NCBI GenBank assembly: GCA_015231405.1
Contig: JADGBR010000013.1
Location: forward strand, 7,222-71,221
Source of the DNA: Candidatus Omnitrophota bacterium
GTDB taxonomy: Bacteria > Omnitrophota > Gorgyraeia > Tantalellales > Tantalellaceae
Length of the DNA stretch: 64,000 nucleotides
Direction of reading: 5' to 3'
Both the position numbers and the translations under genes were made by a program. Shown here piece by piece: positions 8,801-17,536 of this stretch (position 1 is its first letter; each line of letters begins with the position of its first letter). Below the pieces are notes generated by a model. That model worked only from the letters and a program-made list of their open reading frames with translations. It ran no database searches and was not told where the DNA came from.

Positions 8801-11800
8801 TTAAGCTGAGATAAGCAGGCGCCAGGCGGCGGATATCAGGCCGGGGAGGTCTTCGGATAGGAGGGCCATGGCGGGCAGGGCCAACTGGGACTTCGAGCCT
8901 GTCCGGATGTTATTCAGCCATATTTTCATGATCCCGCAAAGGGTCCACATATCGCGTCCGGGTGTCTTTTCGACCGGGACAGAAAAAGATATTTTATCGT
9001 TGGCTTCATTCCGCAAGCCGTCCCGAAGGTCCTCTGCGGCGCCCGCTTCCAGGGTATCAGTAACGACCAGCAGGTATTCGTTCATTTGCGGATCCATTCC
9101 CGCACAAGCCATCTCGCGCATTACCACCGCCCTGTGAAGTTTGTTGCCCGGGTCAAGCGTTATCCCCTGTCGAGACATGAAAGCCATGACCTCGGCTATT
9201 CTGCCATCGGTGATCGAGAGATCGATCTTTATCCCGTCAAGCCCCAAAGCAAGCCGAAGGCGGTCTTTATCGAGCGCTGTTAAGGGCAGGAGATCGTCCT
9301 CTTGGCCGACGACAAATATCTGCAGGGATATGGGGACCCGAGATCGCGCGAAATATTTTTTGACGGCGCCCAGGGCCAGGGGGATATCCGGCATGGTCTT
9401 AAAAACGGAGACAGGGAGGCATAGACGTAATTTAACCGGGTGTTTTCTTTCCAGATCTTCAGAGAAATCCTGTTTCTGTTCGATTATGGAGCTTTCCAGT
9501 TCCGTTTTACGCGCCGCTTCCGCGAAAGCGTCCGCGGCTTTACCGAAAGCATCGGTCTCGCGGGCATCGACCGTAGCGCGGAATAGCGCCGCTTCGTGAG
9601 TTCCGGACGGAGTAACAATGCCCGGGCCTGGGACTCCCGGTGTTGTGTCCGGGGGTTGTTCCGTTACCGGCCTAAGTGACCGTGTTCCCGCGTGCGGTCT
9701 TCGTGTGCCGGGGATGTCGAATTGTGTCAGGCGGGAACGCCCGGTTCTTTCTCTCTCCATTGGCGGGTTAACGCCAGCGGTTTTTTCGCTTGGAGCCTCT
9801 CCGGATAAGGCGGGTTGAGCGTCGGATATCGCCGGGGCTACTTTTTTAACTGCTTCTTCGGCGAGTTGTTCCAGTGCTTCCATGGAATCCGTGTCTAACA
9901 CCGGTTTACCGTTGACCACATGGATGGCGTACCCTTTTTCCTCGGTAAGCTGTTTTTCGAGCAATTCGTCAAGAGATGTGAACCTGGAGCGGGCGATCTC
10001 GGACAGTAAGTGGTCGACTGCAGCGGCGGATCCGCCCGGCAAAGCCGATAATATACCCTTTAGCTCGCCGGCTATTGTTCCCAGATCTTCGAAAAGTATC
10101 CCGTCCTCGCGTAGAGGATAGAGCCAGCCTTTTTCCCGCATGACGCCGTAAACCTGGCTTGGATCGAGACCGGTTCGGGCGAAAATATCCTTCGGTATGA
10201 CTTTCAGCCTCTCGGAAGACGACACAAGGGTTATGAGCTCGACGTCCCTGGTCTGGCCTATTCCTATCAGGCGGTCGGCGTCGTCAAAATTCATCCAGGG
10301 TCTCGATAGTCTTACCATTGTGGATATATGGAAATCAGCGCCCGGAGCCTGGAATAGGTTCAGCGACTGGCCGAGGAGCCATGTTGTCCCGATAAGGATC
10401 TTCGGAGACATGTCCTTGCGGAAGGCGTCTATGCCCGAGAGGCGGTCCCCTAGCGAAACAGCTTGATTGAGCCCGATAGCCGCGCTGGAACCTGATCTGT
10501 CCAGGTATTTACGATTGTACCTCTCGACGAGTATCTCTATTTCCTCGACGAAATCAACAAGCACAACGACCTTGCCGTTATCTGCGAGACGGTCCTCGAT
10601 TATTTTGTCGAGTTCAAGCACTTTCGGGCAGATTTCCTCCTCGTCCGGGGACCCGTCGGCTTTTTTCGGCAATTTCCCTTCGGGGAGGATAAGCCTTAAG
10701 TCGACGTTCGCTCGGCGCTCGAGGTCGAAACGCCTGAAAATATGAGCGGCAATTTCGGCCTTGTCTTCCCGGGCTTCGCTAGCTTTCCAGGCCGGGAAAT
10801 CGCTGCGCTGCATGGCGATAGTCCTTTCCTGGGCTCTTGACATTGATACGAAACGGGTCTCGGAGATAACGTCGGTAAGCTCCGGGAGTACCTGTTTTCG
10901 TGTCCAGCGGACCATGACGGGCTCGATCGCGAGGAAAAGACGGTCGTTATCCATGCGCTCGAGATATTCGCGCCTGACGTTGTCCGGTGGGACTGTTTCC
11001 CGGGAAGGCGACGGCCCGGCGGTTGGGTGCTCCCGGGGATCATAATCTTTCCGCATCCATAAGAGCGGCTCTATTACATCCGTAGGCCTTTTTACGACCG
11101 GACGCGCGCTGACGCCGATCCGGTATTTTGACGGGATGCCGACAATAACGGGCGCGCGGACAGTCTTATCGCCTTTACGAAGATTTTCCACTTCGTCTAT
11201 TATGTGAGCGTCCGGGGCGAATCGTTTGATGCCGTCTTCTGCGGCGACGATGGCTTCGTAATTGGCGATGAGGATGACCTTCTGGCCGGAAGCGGCAAGG
11301 TTCGCGGCGCGGGACGCCTGCTCGGCGATATTCCCCAGGGAGCTGTCTATAACGTATATTTGATATCCGAGAGCAGGGTCCAGCCTGTCCGCCAGCTCGT
11401 TCGCCCATTCGTATTTGGCCTGGTTCGGCACGGTGACCAGAAGACGGCTGACGTCGTAGGCGCCGTCTTCGGATCTTACATTGAGGGCGGAGAGAGCCGC
11501 GGTTATGGTCTTTCCGGTACGGGCGTCGCTCGCGAACCAGGCGCATCGTTCTTTGGGATCTTCCAGTGTATTTACCGCCTGGGCGACGCTGTAGCGTTGG
11601 TAGGGCATTAGCGGTGCGACTTTGCCGTTATAGCCGCGCGGAACAAAGCCGTGCCATAGCTCGAATTCTTTAAGGATCTCATCCAGTATCTTTTTGGTGA
11701 GCGAGTTCCTGCCGGCAGAGACGGACTCGCGGCTTAACGGCGATAAAGCAGTATTTGCGGAACTGGTCCCGGCTTTCAGCAGAGCGCCGTAGAAGAGGCC

Positions 11801-14800
11801 CCGCCAAAACCGTTTAAGCGCTTTTTCCTTCCGGAGGGCGCTGGAGAGGCCCAGCTCTTCCACTATCCCGGCAAGCATTTTTGATAGGCTGCCGGAAAAT
11901 TCGTCGGACGATATCACCGGGCTTGTAATTTTAGCCTGGTCGGCGATTTCGCGGTAACTGACGGTGAGGATATCGTTAATAGCCTTCTTAGTGAAACGGT
12001 CCCCGAAAAAATAGATGAGCATTTCTCCGAGGGTGCCCTTATCGCACGCGGTCATTTTAATGAAGTCGATGAGGCCGACGCGGCGCATGATCCTGCCAAG
12101 TTCGCCTTCCGCGGCGACGGCCCTGAGGCGGTCTTTTATGACGTTGTCCGGAGCGAGGCTCGAGAAGACCCCGAGAGTGAACCACATCCTCAGTTTTGAA
12201 AGCAGCTTTTTCCGCGCGGTCGATACCGTTTTTAACCGCTCTTCCCAGAGCACGCGGACCGGTTTGTCGGCGTCCGGACCGGGGGCGGACGACTCGTAAT
12301 AAGAGCCGGTGATACCAGCTACATCTTTACCGTTAAGCACATCGGAGAGGATAGCCCTTTGCATGGGATCCTTGAGCCTTATCGCCAGCCATGAATCCAG
12401 CTTAAGGTCTATGACCCGTTCGGGCCTCGGATGGGAACGCCCCGGCCTGTAAGGTTCCGGCAAAAGATCGCTCGTGGATCTGCCCGTGGTAGCAGGGGAT
12501 AATTCCTCTGCGAGGCTGTCCTTATCGGGAAACCCCGCCGTCCTCCGTATTCTTTGCTTAAGTTCCGGGGCTCCGTTCGGTATCGCTTTAAAAAACTCAA
12601 CTGCCTTTATAAGAGCGGTTCGCTCAAGCTTCAGGACATCATCTTCGGGGATCATTAGTAGAGAGCTTATCTCGCCGGACGTCATGAAAGACATATAACT
12701 TCCGGTCTCGATAGGGCCGTATCTAAGGAAAAGTACGCGGGCTTCGGCCGCGGTGAGTTCACGGCATAGACGAGTGAGTTCAAGAGATGTTGCTCTGCTC
12801 GTTACAACGTTTGACGGTATGGGCGCCGAGTCGAGTTCCTGAAGGTCCGCAAAGAGTTCCGCTAAAGCGGCCTCGTTGTGGGGCTTTCTGAGTGCCGCTT
12901 CGGCCTTGAGCTTTATCTGGCTGACACGGGTGGCGGATACGTCTTTGGCAAACTTTTTGCCGATGGTGTCCTGGGGCAACACCTCGAAAGCATCCAGCCC
13001 ATAAGAATGCCGTATCGTTACCCGCTGCTGATAGGTCAATGTTTTGAGGAGCGAGGAGATGCGGGCCGATGTCTTTTCCAGGAGCTTGTCGCGTTCCAGG
13101 GATGCTTGTATGTTATGACCCGAAAGGGAAGCGAGATCCGGGTCGTTCGCGAAGGCATCTTCCAAAGATCCGGCCGAGCGATCAAGGATAATATTTACGA
13201 CAGCCAAAATCTCGGGCGTGGTTTTTAGGAGAGTTTCCCGAATGGCTTCTTCGGGGATTTTGTCGCTTTCGGATAGTTTCAGAGCGATAGGGCCTTCGTA
13301 ATAATCGCCGGGTTCCCTTGTGAGCCTGAGGATCGATGCGAGGATCGTCCCCCAGAGCCTCCCCGAGATATCGCGGGAGCCATCGTCGGCTAAATGATGC
13401 GGGAAGCTTGCCCATTTGGAGGCGATAAGCTTTTCTATGAGTCCGCTCCAAATTTTTCCGTTGTAATACTGGCCGAATGACTTAGGGTTTGGGTCTTTCG
13501 GGTCCGTAATCATCGCATCAAGAGTCCGATATCCTTCAAGGATAGCCTCATCGCGGAAATCGTCTATCGAGTGGTCGGTGTATTTTATCCCGACAAAGGT
13601 ATTGAAAAAATACCGGACCGCGTAGTATGCATCCTCTCCGATCCGAGTGAACGCGGGGGCCGATCTTTCCCCGAGGACCTTAATGGCCTTTTTCCTTATG
13701 ATGACGTGGGAGGAGCGGACAAGCTTAAGGAGGGCCTGATGGCTGAGCCTGCTAAAGTCCTTTTCAAGGAGGCGTTCGCTCTTTCCGGCTTCGACCAGGC
13801 GCGGCGAGTGTTTGATAAGCCGCCGCTGAATGGCATCCACGGTTTTTCTGCGCGCGATGTCCTCGAAGAAAGACCTGCCGAAATAACTGTTAGAACTTTT
13901 GGAGGAGTGCGGCCGGGTTATCATGTAAGTGACGGAGAGGAACCTTTGCTCGGCCGGGCGCAAATTCCGCGCTGAGACGTATTTCCGGTCGACCAGATAT
14001 TTAAGGGTGAACGCCGTCGCGGCTATTTTTCTTACCAGGAGTTTTTCTGCTTCACCGCCGGCTTTAAGCCCGAAAAATTTATCTTGCGGAGCCATGTCCT
14101 CTCCGGGGAATTTGATATTCCCGGCGAGGCCCGATCTTATCTTTTCGTCTTCCGTAAGGTCCGCGAGGAGAGTCGAGGCCGCGCCGCTATTATTATAGGC
14201 GCCACGCGCTATCAAGAGGTCCTTGTATGCCCGGAGCATCCAGGGGATCAGGATACGTTTACTGAGCCTGACGTAATTAGTCCCGTTCTTTTCTTCCATC
14301 CCAATGAGAAGCGTTACAAAATCCGCATAGGTTACTTCACTGACAAGGCCTAAAGGATCGAGGTCGAGATCGGGCACGGTTATGTATTCCGGGGTGTCTT
14401 TACCGGGAACGATAAAGACCTTGACGCCGTTCTTTACCATAAATTCATGATATAAGCCCAGAGGGTTGGCATAGCTGACATGTTTTCTGAGCATGGAATA
14501 GCGAAGGTCCAGATCACGCCCCGGATCATCGATACCCGACCAGACTGCCAAAGTAGCATTATTCGCAGTTTGAGCCAGCCCGGGACCTCCGGAAAACCCA
14601 TCCAAAATATAAACCGCGGCAATGATCGTAGGAAGGAGCCTTCTAAATAACATCGTGGTCTGAAAAAACATAAGCGGTATTGTATCAGAAAGCAGGGATA
14701 AACCAAACTTTATTACGCTTAACGTATTGACTACGCCGAGAATCAGCAGTAGCCTGCGACAGCGCAGAGAGTACGGCAGAATGATCGCGGGGAAAATATT

Positions 14801-14806
14801 TATCAA
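8801..14806 (-). CDS. giant multidomain protein: SNF2-family (SF2) ATPase core preceded by two sigma-70 region-4-like HTH modules
   Basis: 2001-codon ORF. SNF2 motifs LMPYQRY..ASDARTGKTITAALSAL (I), HIIDEVENLRKG (II), GVSARPVVKRPTDVIEPL (III), ..LGQSLNLFQA..GIGQTRDVELITL (V/VI). Sigma r4-like LTYQQRVTIRHSYGLD...ATRVSQIKLKAEAALRK and LTAAEARVLFLRYGP...LKLERTALIKAV. Start uncertain (TTG at 14806; ATGs at codons 46 and 52). Confidence 0.75.
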   Translation of the reverse strand: MINIFPAIILPYSLRCRRLLLILGVVNTLSVIKFGLSLLSDTIPLMFFQTTMLFRRLLPTIIAAVYILDGFSGGPGLAQTANNATLAVWSGIDDPGRDLDLRYSMLRKHVSYANPLGLYHEFMVKNGVKVFIVPGKDTPEYITVPDLDLDPLGLVSEVTYADFVTLLIGMEEKNGTNYVRLSKRILIPWMLRAYKDLLIARGAYNNSGAASTLLADLTEDEKIRSGLAGNIKFPGEDMAPQDKFFGLKAGGEAEKLLVRKIAATAFTLKYLVDRKYVSARNLRPAEQRFLSVTYMITRPHSSKSSNSYFGRSFFEDIARRKTVDAIQRRLIKHSPRLVEAGKSERLLEKDFSRLSHQALLKLVRSSHVIIRKKAIKVLGERSAPAFTRIGEDAYYAVRYFFNTFVGIKYTDHSIDDFRDEAILEGYRTLDAMITDPKDPNPKSFGQYYNGKIWSGLIEKLIASKWASFPHHLADDGSRDISGRLWGTILASILRLTREPGDYYEGPIALKLSESDKIPEEAIRETLLKTTPEILAVVNIILDRSAGSLEDAFANDPDLASLSGHNIQASLERDKLLEKTSARISSLLKTLTYQQRVTIRHSYGLDAFEVLPQDTIGKKFAKDVSATRVSQIKLKAEAALRKPHNEAALAELFADLQELDSAPIPSNVVTSRATSLELTRLCRELTAAEARVLFLRYGPIETGSYMSFMTSGEISSLLMIPEDDVLKLERTALIKAVEFFKAIPNGAPELKQRIRRTAGFPDKDSLAEELSPATTGRSTSDLLPEPYRPGRSHPRPERVIDLKLDSWLAIRLKDPMQRAILSDVLNGKDVAGITGSYYESSAPGPDADKPVRVLWEERLKTVSTARKKLLSKLRMWFTLGVFSSLAPDNVIKDRLRAVAAEGELGRIMRRVGLIDFIKMTACDKGTLGEMLIYFFGDRFTKKAINDILTVSYREIADQAKITSPVISSDEFSGSLSKMLAGIVEELGLSSALRKEKALKRFWRGLFYGALLKAGTSSANTALSPLSRESVSAGRNSLTKKILDEILKEFELWHGFVPRGYNGKVAPLMPYQRYSVAQAVNTLEDPKERCAWFASDARTGKTITAALSALNVRSEDGAYDVSRLLVTVPNQAKYEWANELADRLDPALGYQIYVIDSSLGNIAEQASRAANLAASGQKVILIANYEAIVAAEDGIKRFAPDAHIIDEVENLRKGDKTVRAPVIVGIPSKYRIGVSARPVVKRPTDVIEPLLWMRKDYDPREHPTAGPSPSRETVPPDNVRREYLERMDNDRLFLAIEPVMVRWTRKQVLPELTDVISETRFVSMSRAQERTIAMQRSDFPAWKASEAREDKAEIAAHIFRRFDLERRANVDLRLILPEGKLPKKADGSPDEEEICPKVLELDKIIEDRLADNGKVVVLVDFVEEIEILVERYNRKYLDRSGSSAAIGLNQAVSLGDRLSGIDAFRKDMSPKILIGTTWLLGQSLNLFQAPGADFHISTMVRLSRPWMNFDDADRLIGIGQTRDVELITLVSSSERLKVIPKDIFARTGLDPSQVYGVMREKGWLYPLREDGILFEDLGTIAGELKGILSALPGGSAAAVDHLLSEIARSRFTSLDELLEKQLTEEKGYAIHVVNGKPVLDTDSMEALEQLAEEAVKKVAPAISDAQPALSGEAPSEKTAGVNPPMERERTGRSRLTQFDIPGTRRPHAGTRSLRPVTEQPPDTTPGVPGPGIVTPSGTHEAALFRATVDARETDAFGKAADAFAEAARKTELESSIIEQKQDFSEDLERKHPVKLRLCLPVSVFKTMPDIPLALGAVKKYFARSRVPISLQIFVVGQEDDLLPLTALDKDRLRLALGLDGIKIDLSITDGRIAEVMAFMSRQGITLDPGNKLHRAVVMREMACAGMDPQMNEYLLVVTDTLEAGAAEDLRDGLRNEANDKISFSVPVEKTPGRDMWTLCGIMKIWLNNIRTGSKSQLALPAMALLSEDLPGLISAAWRLLISA

Positions 14807-14937
14807 TTCACTGATTTTTTATGTTGAAGAGTGTCCCTTTTGGGACTGTCCCCTTGGCACCTTCAAGAAACGGTAACAGGTTGCGGCATCGGCGCAAGGC
14901 GTACGGTAAATGAGTATGGCAGTATTCCTGTATTAAG

Positions 14938-14966
14938 TTGACAAACCAGCCGAGTGCATGCATACT
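14938..14966 (+). promoter_or_regulatory. sigma70-like promoter candidate (TTGACA-17-CATACT) for the PC4-like gene, divergent from giant gene
   Basis: TTGACA at 14938-14943, CATACT 17 nt downstream, strong RBS aaggagga before ATG 15012. Confidence 0.35.
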
Positions 14967-15011
14967 TTGAGAGTGAAACTGGAGGGTAAATACTAACTTT
15001 AAGGAGGAGAA

Positions 15012-15245
15012 ATGCCTTACAATGCGGAACTTGATGAAAACATGTTCTCAAAAAGCTGGGAATCGGAAACCGACAGACTGACTGTCAGTATCTACTCATA
15101 CAATCACGGCCAGAAAAAACTTCAGATATCCCGGGAAAGCAAATCCCCTCAGGGCGACCTCAAATTCGCCAAGCTCGGAAGGATGACGAAGGATGAGATA
15201 ACAGCGATCATTCCACTCATACAGGAAGCGATCGGTAATATGTGA
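15012..15245 (+). CDS. PC4-like / YdbC-like ssDNA-binding small protein
   Basis: 77 aa; SKSWESETDRLTVSIYSYNHGQKKLQISRE...LKFAKLGRMTKDE resembles bacterial PC4 (transcriptional coactivator p15) fold family; strong RBS. Confidence 0.45.
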   Translation: MPYNAELDENMFSKSWESETDRLTVSIYSYNHGQKKLQISRESKSPQGDLKFAKLGRMTKDEITAIIPLIQEAIGNM

Positions 15246-15259
15246 GACGCGCTGACAAA

Positions 15260-15988
15260 ATGAGTTCCGTCGCGGACGAAGTCAGGGGAGAATTAAGACT
15301 CCACGCCAGCGAGGAAAAAGCGACGTTGCTCGGAAGGTTCTTCAAAACTGGTCCGGGCGATTACGGTGAGGGGGACGTTTTCATAGGCGTTAAAGTCCCC
15401 GAAACAAGGCGGATAGCCAAGAGATATTTTAAGGCGATCAGGCAGGGCGGGGTCCGGGCGCTCCTCGCCTCGCGCATCCACGAAGAGAGGCTTGCGGCCC
15501 TTATCATGATGGTCCTGCAATTCGAGAAGGGAAGCCCCGAGGGAAAAGAGGATATATACCGTCTATACCTGGCAAGTACCCGCCGCATAAACAATTGGGA
15601 CCTGGTCGACATTTCAGCGGGACAGATCGTCGGGGGATATCTGTTCGACAGGGATCGGGAGATCCTTTATAGATTGGCCTCCTCGGATAATTTATGGGAG
15701 CGCAGAATAGCGGTCATCGCCACTTTTTACTTTATCAGGAAGGGTCAGTACGGCGATACGCTTGGGATATCCGAAAAGCTTCTCGGCGACAGAGAGGACC
15801 TGATACACAAAGCCACCGGGTGGATGCTTCGCGAAACCGGCAAAAGGGATAAGGGAACCCTCGTAAAGTTCATCAAAAAAAACTATAAACAAATGCCGCG
15901 AACAATGCTAAGATATGCGATAGAACTGTTCCCGGAGAAAGAACGACAGATGTATCTTCGCGGGAGATTTGGACCTAAAGGATCATAA
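15260..15988 (+). CDS. DNA alkylation repair protein (AlkD-like HEAT-repeat glycosylase family)
   Basis: FGVKVPETRRIAKRYF...NNWDLVDIS..WMLRE pattern typical of pfam DNA_alkylation; alternative GTG start 15242. Confidence 0.7.
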   Translation: MSSVADEVRGELRLHASEEKATLLGRFFKTGPGDYGEGDVFIGVKVPETRRIAKRYFKAIRQGGVRALLASRIHEERLAALIMMVLQFEKGSPEGKEDIYRLYLASTRRINNWDLVDISAGQIVGGYLFDRDREILYRLASSDNLWERRIAVIATFYFIRKGQYGDTLGISEKLLGDREDLIHKATGWMLRETGKRDKGTLVKFIKKNYKQMPRTMLRYAIELFPEKERQMYLRGRFGPKGS

Positions 15989-16004
15989 ACCCAGGAGAAG
16001 AATC

Positions 16005-16388
16005 GTGAAAAAGCTCATATTTTGTTTTTTTCTTTGTTTTGCGGGGTTCGTCCCGAACGCGATGCCGGAGATGCTTAGCCAGGGAATGAGCCAGGCTGCC
16101 GTCAATGAGATGAGGACCAAGGCTACTGACAATCTGACCCTGGCCAGGGAGTTCACCGGCCGCGGACAGGAGTTATTAAAGACAGGATTGACCAGGGACA
16201 ACCTCAAGATAGCGGGGTATCTCTATATGGAAGCCGGTAAGTTGTACGAACAGTCGAACTTCATATACCAGAAAGTACTCGATAAGGGCTCAGCGCAGAT
16301 GTGCGAGAGCTCCCTGAAGACATGCATAGACGTCGTAAGGCAGTGCAAGCAGAAAGAGATGGAGCTGACGCAGAAAAAACGGCAATGA
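16005..16388 (+). CDS. hypothetical secreted protein
   Basis: GTG start giving signal peptide VKKLIFCFFLCFAGFVPNA; ORF open from 15969. Confidence 0.4.
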   Translation: MKKLIFCFFLCFAGFVPNAMPEMLSQGMSQAAVNEMRTKATDNLTLAREFTGRGQELLKTGLTRDNLKIAGYLYMEAGKLYEQSNFIYQKVLDKGSAQMCESSLKTCIDVVRQCKQKEMELTQKKRQ

Positions 16389-16481
16389 ACGGGGCAGTGA
16401 CAGACCGAATACTCCCATGGCAAATGCCCTGATCTTATTCGTAGCCGGCCTCGCGGCGGGGAAAGAAAGCGAAGGTGAAAG

Positions 16482-17486
16482 ATGAAGCTGGATGTCGGCA
16501 GGGATATCGACAAAGAGATAAAGGAATTCCTCGGGGAGATCAGGGAAAACCCTTACCGCGTCTTCAATGTAGCTTTTTTTCTCATAGGGATCGTTCCTTT
16601 TTCGGTGCTGGTCTTTTTTTTCGCGCGAAACGTGCTCGCCACAGGCGATCTTCCCAAAGGAACGGCTCTTGCCGTCGGCCTTGCCATGATCCTGATGCTC
16701 GCGGGCTATCACACGGGCTATTCGATGCTCCGGAGGATGCTCGCCAAGATAATAGCTTATGGCCTCGTGACTACGAGGAGAGAGAAACAGAAGGCACTGG
16801 CTATACTCGCGGCCTCCCACGAGCTGGGCAACCCGCTTACCAGCATACGGCTCAGCCTCGCGAACATCCTTGACGGTCTTGTCGGCAAGGTGTCCGAGGA
16901 GCAGAAGAATGTCATTTCCATGTGCCACAACGCCGCGGAGAGGATGACGCGGATAACAAAGGTTCTTCTGGATATCATCAAGATAGAGGCCGGGATCATG
17001 GCCCCCGATAGGGGGGCGATAGATATCGCCGGCATAATGAGACAGCAGGCGGTGGAATTCGCAGGCCTTATTGACGGGAAGAAGATCGTTTTTTCGGCGA
17101 ATATACCCGCGGAAGCGTGTACTCTCTGGGCCGACCGCGATATGATAACGCAGGTCGTAAATAACCTTTTCAGCAACGCCGTGAAGTTCACGCCTGAGCG
17201 CGGTCGAATAGACGTGTCCCTGACCCGGAACGAAAAAATGGCCAGGATAGAGGTTGCCGATACCGGTCCGGGCATAGCGCCCGATAAAATGGAGAACATC
17301 TTCGACAAATTCGTTCGGCTGGATAAAACAATACCGGGGAGCGGGCTCGGGCTCGCCATCACCAAGGATATCATAGATCTTCATAAAGGCAAGATAGTCG
17401 TCGTGAGCGAGCCGGGGAAGGGCAGCAGGTTCATTGTTTGTCTGCCGGTGGATATTCGGGATGCAGGCAAGGCGCATGGAGCATAG
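16482..17486 (+). CDS. sensor histidine kinase (2 TM, HisKA + HATPase_c)
   Basis: H-box ASHELGNPLTSI, N/G1/G2 boxes NLFSNAVKFT..DTGPGI..GSGLGLAI; no adjacent response regulator. Confidence 0.8.
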   Translation: MKLDVGRDIDKEIKEFLGEIRENPYRVFNVAFFLIGIVPFSVLVFFFARNVLATGDLPKGTALAVGLAMILMLAGYHTGYSMLRRMLAKIIAYGLVTTRREKQKALAILAASHELGNPLTSIRLSLANILDGLVGKVSEEQKNVISMCHNAAERMTRITKVLLDIIKIEAGIMAPDRGAIDIAGIMRQQAVEFAGLIDGKKIVFSANIPAEACTLWADRDMITQVVNNLFSNAVKFTPERGRIDVSLTRNEKMARIEVADTGPGIAPDKMENIFDKFVRLDKTIPGSGLGLAITKDIIDLHKGKIVVVSEPGKGSRFIVCLPVDIRDAGKAHGA

Positions 17487-17536
17487 AGCACGGAAATAAA
17501 AATTTTATCAGGGATACAGGTCTGCTCCTTGCCAGG

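Noticed and set aside
14672-14806. First ~45 codons of the giant ORF starting at TTG 14806
   Set aside because: This is probably an ORF-caller extension. In-frame ATGs at codons 46 and 52 precede a signal-like segment, and the true start is unresolved, so the 5' end is given low certainty.
16290-17477. 395-aa minus-strand ORF (and nested 16757-17374)
   Set aside because: It is antisense to the histidine kinase, which has clear H/N/G boxes. It has typical high-GC antisense ORF composition.
17487-17536. Bidirectional terminator between convergent HK and TPR genes
   Set aside because: Only weak AT-rich dyad symmetry (aaaattttat). There is not enough stem to call.
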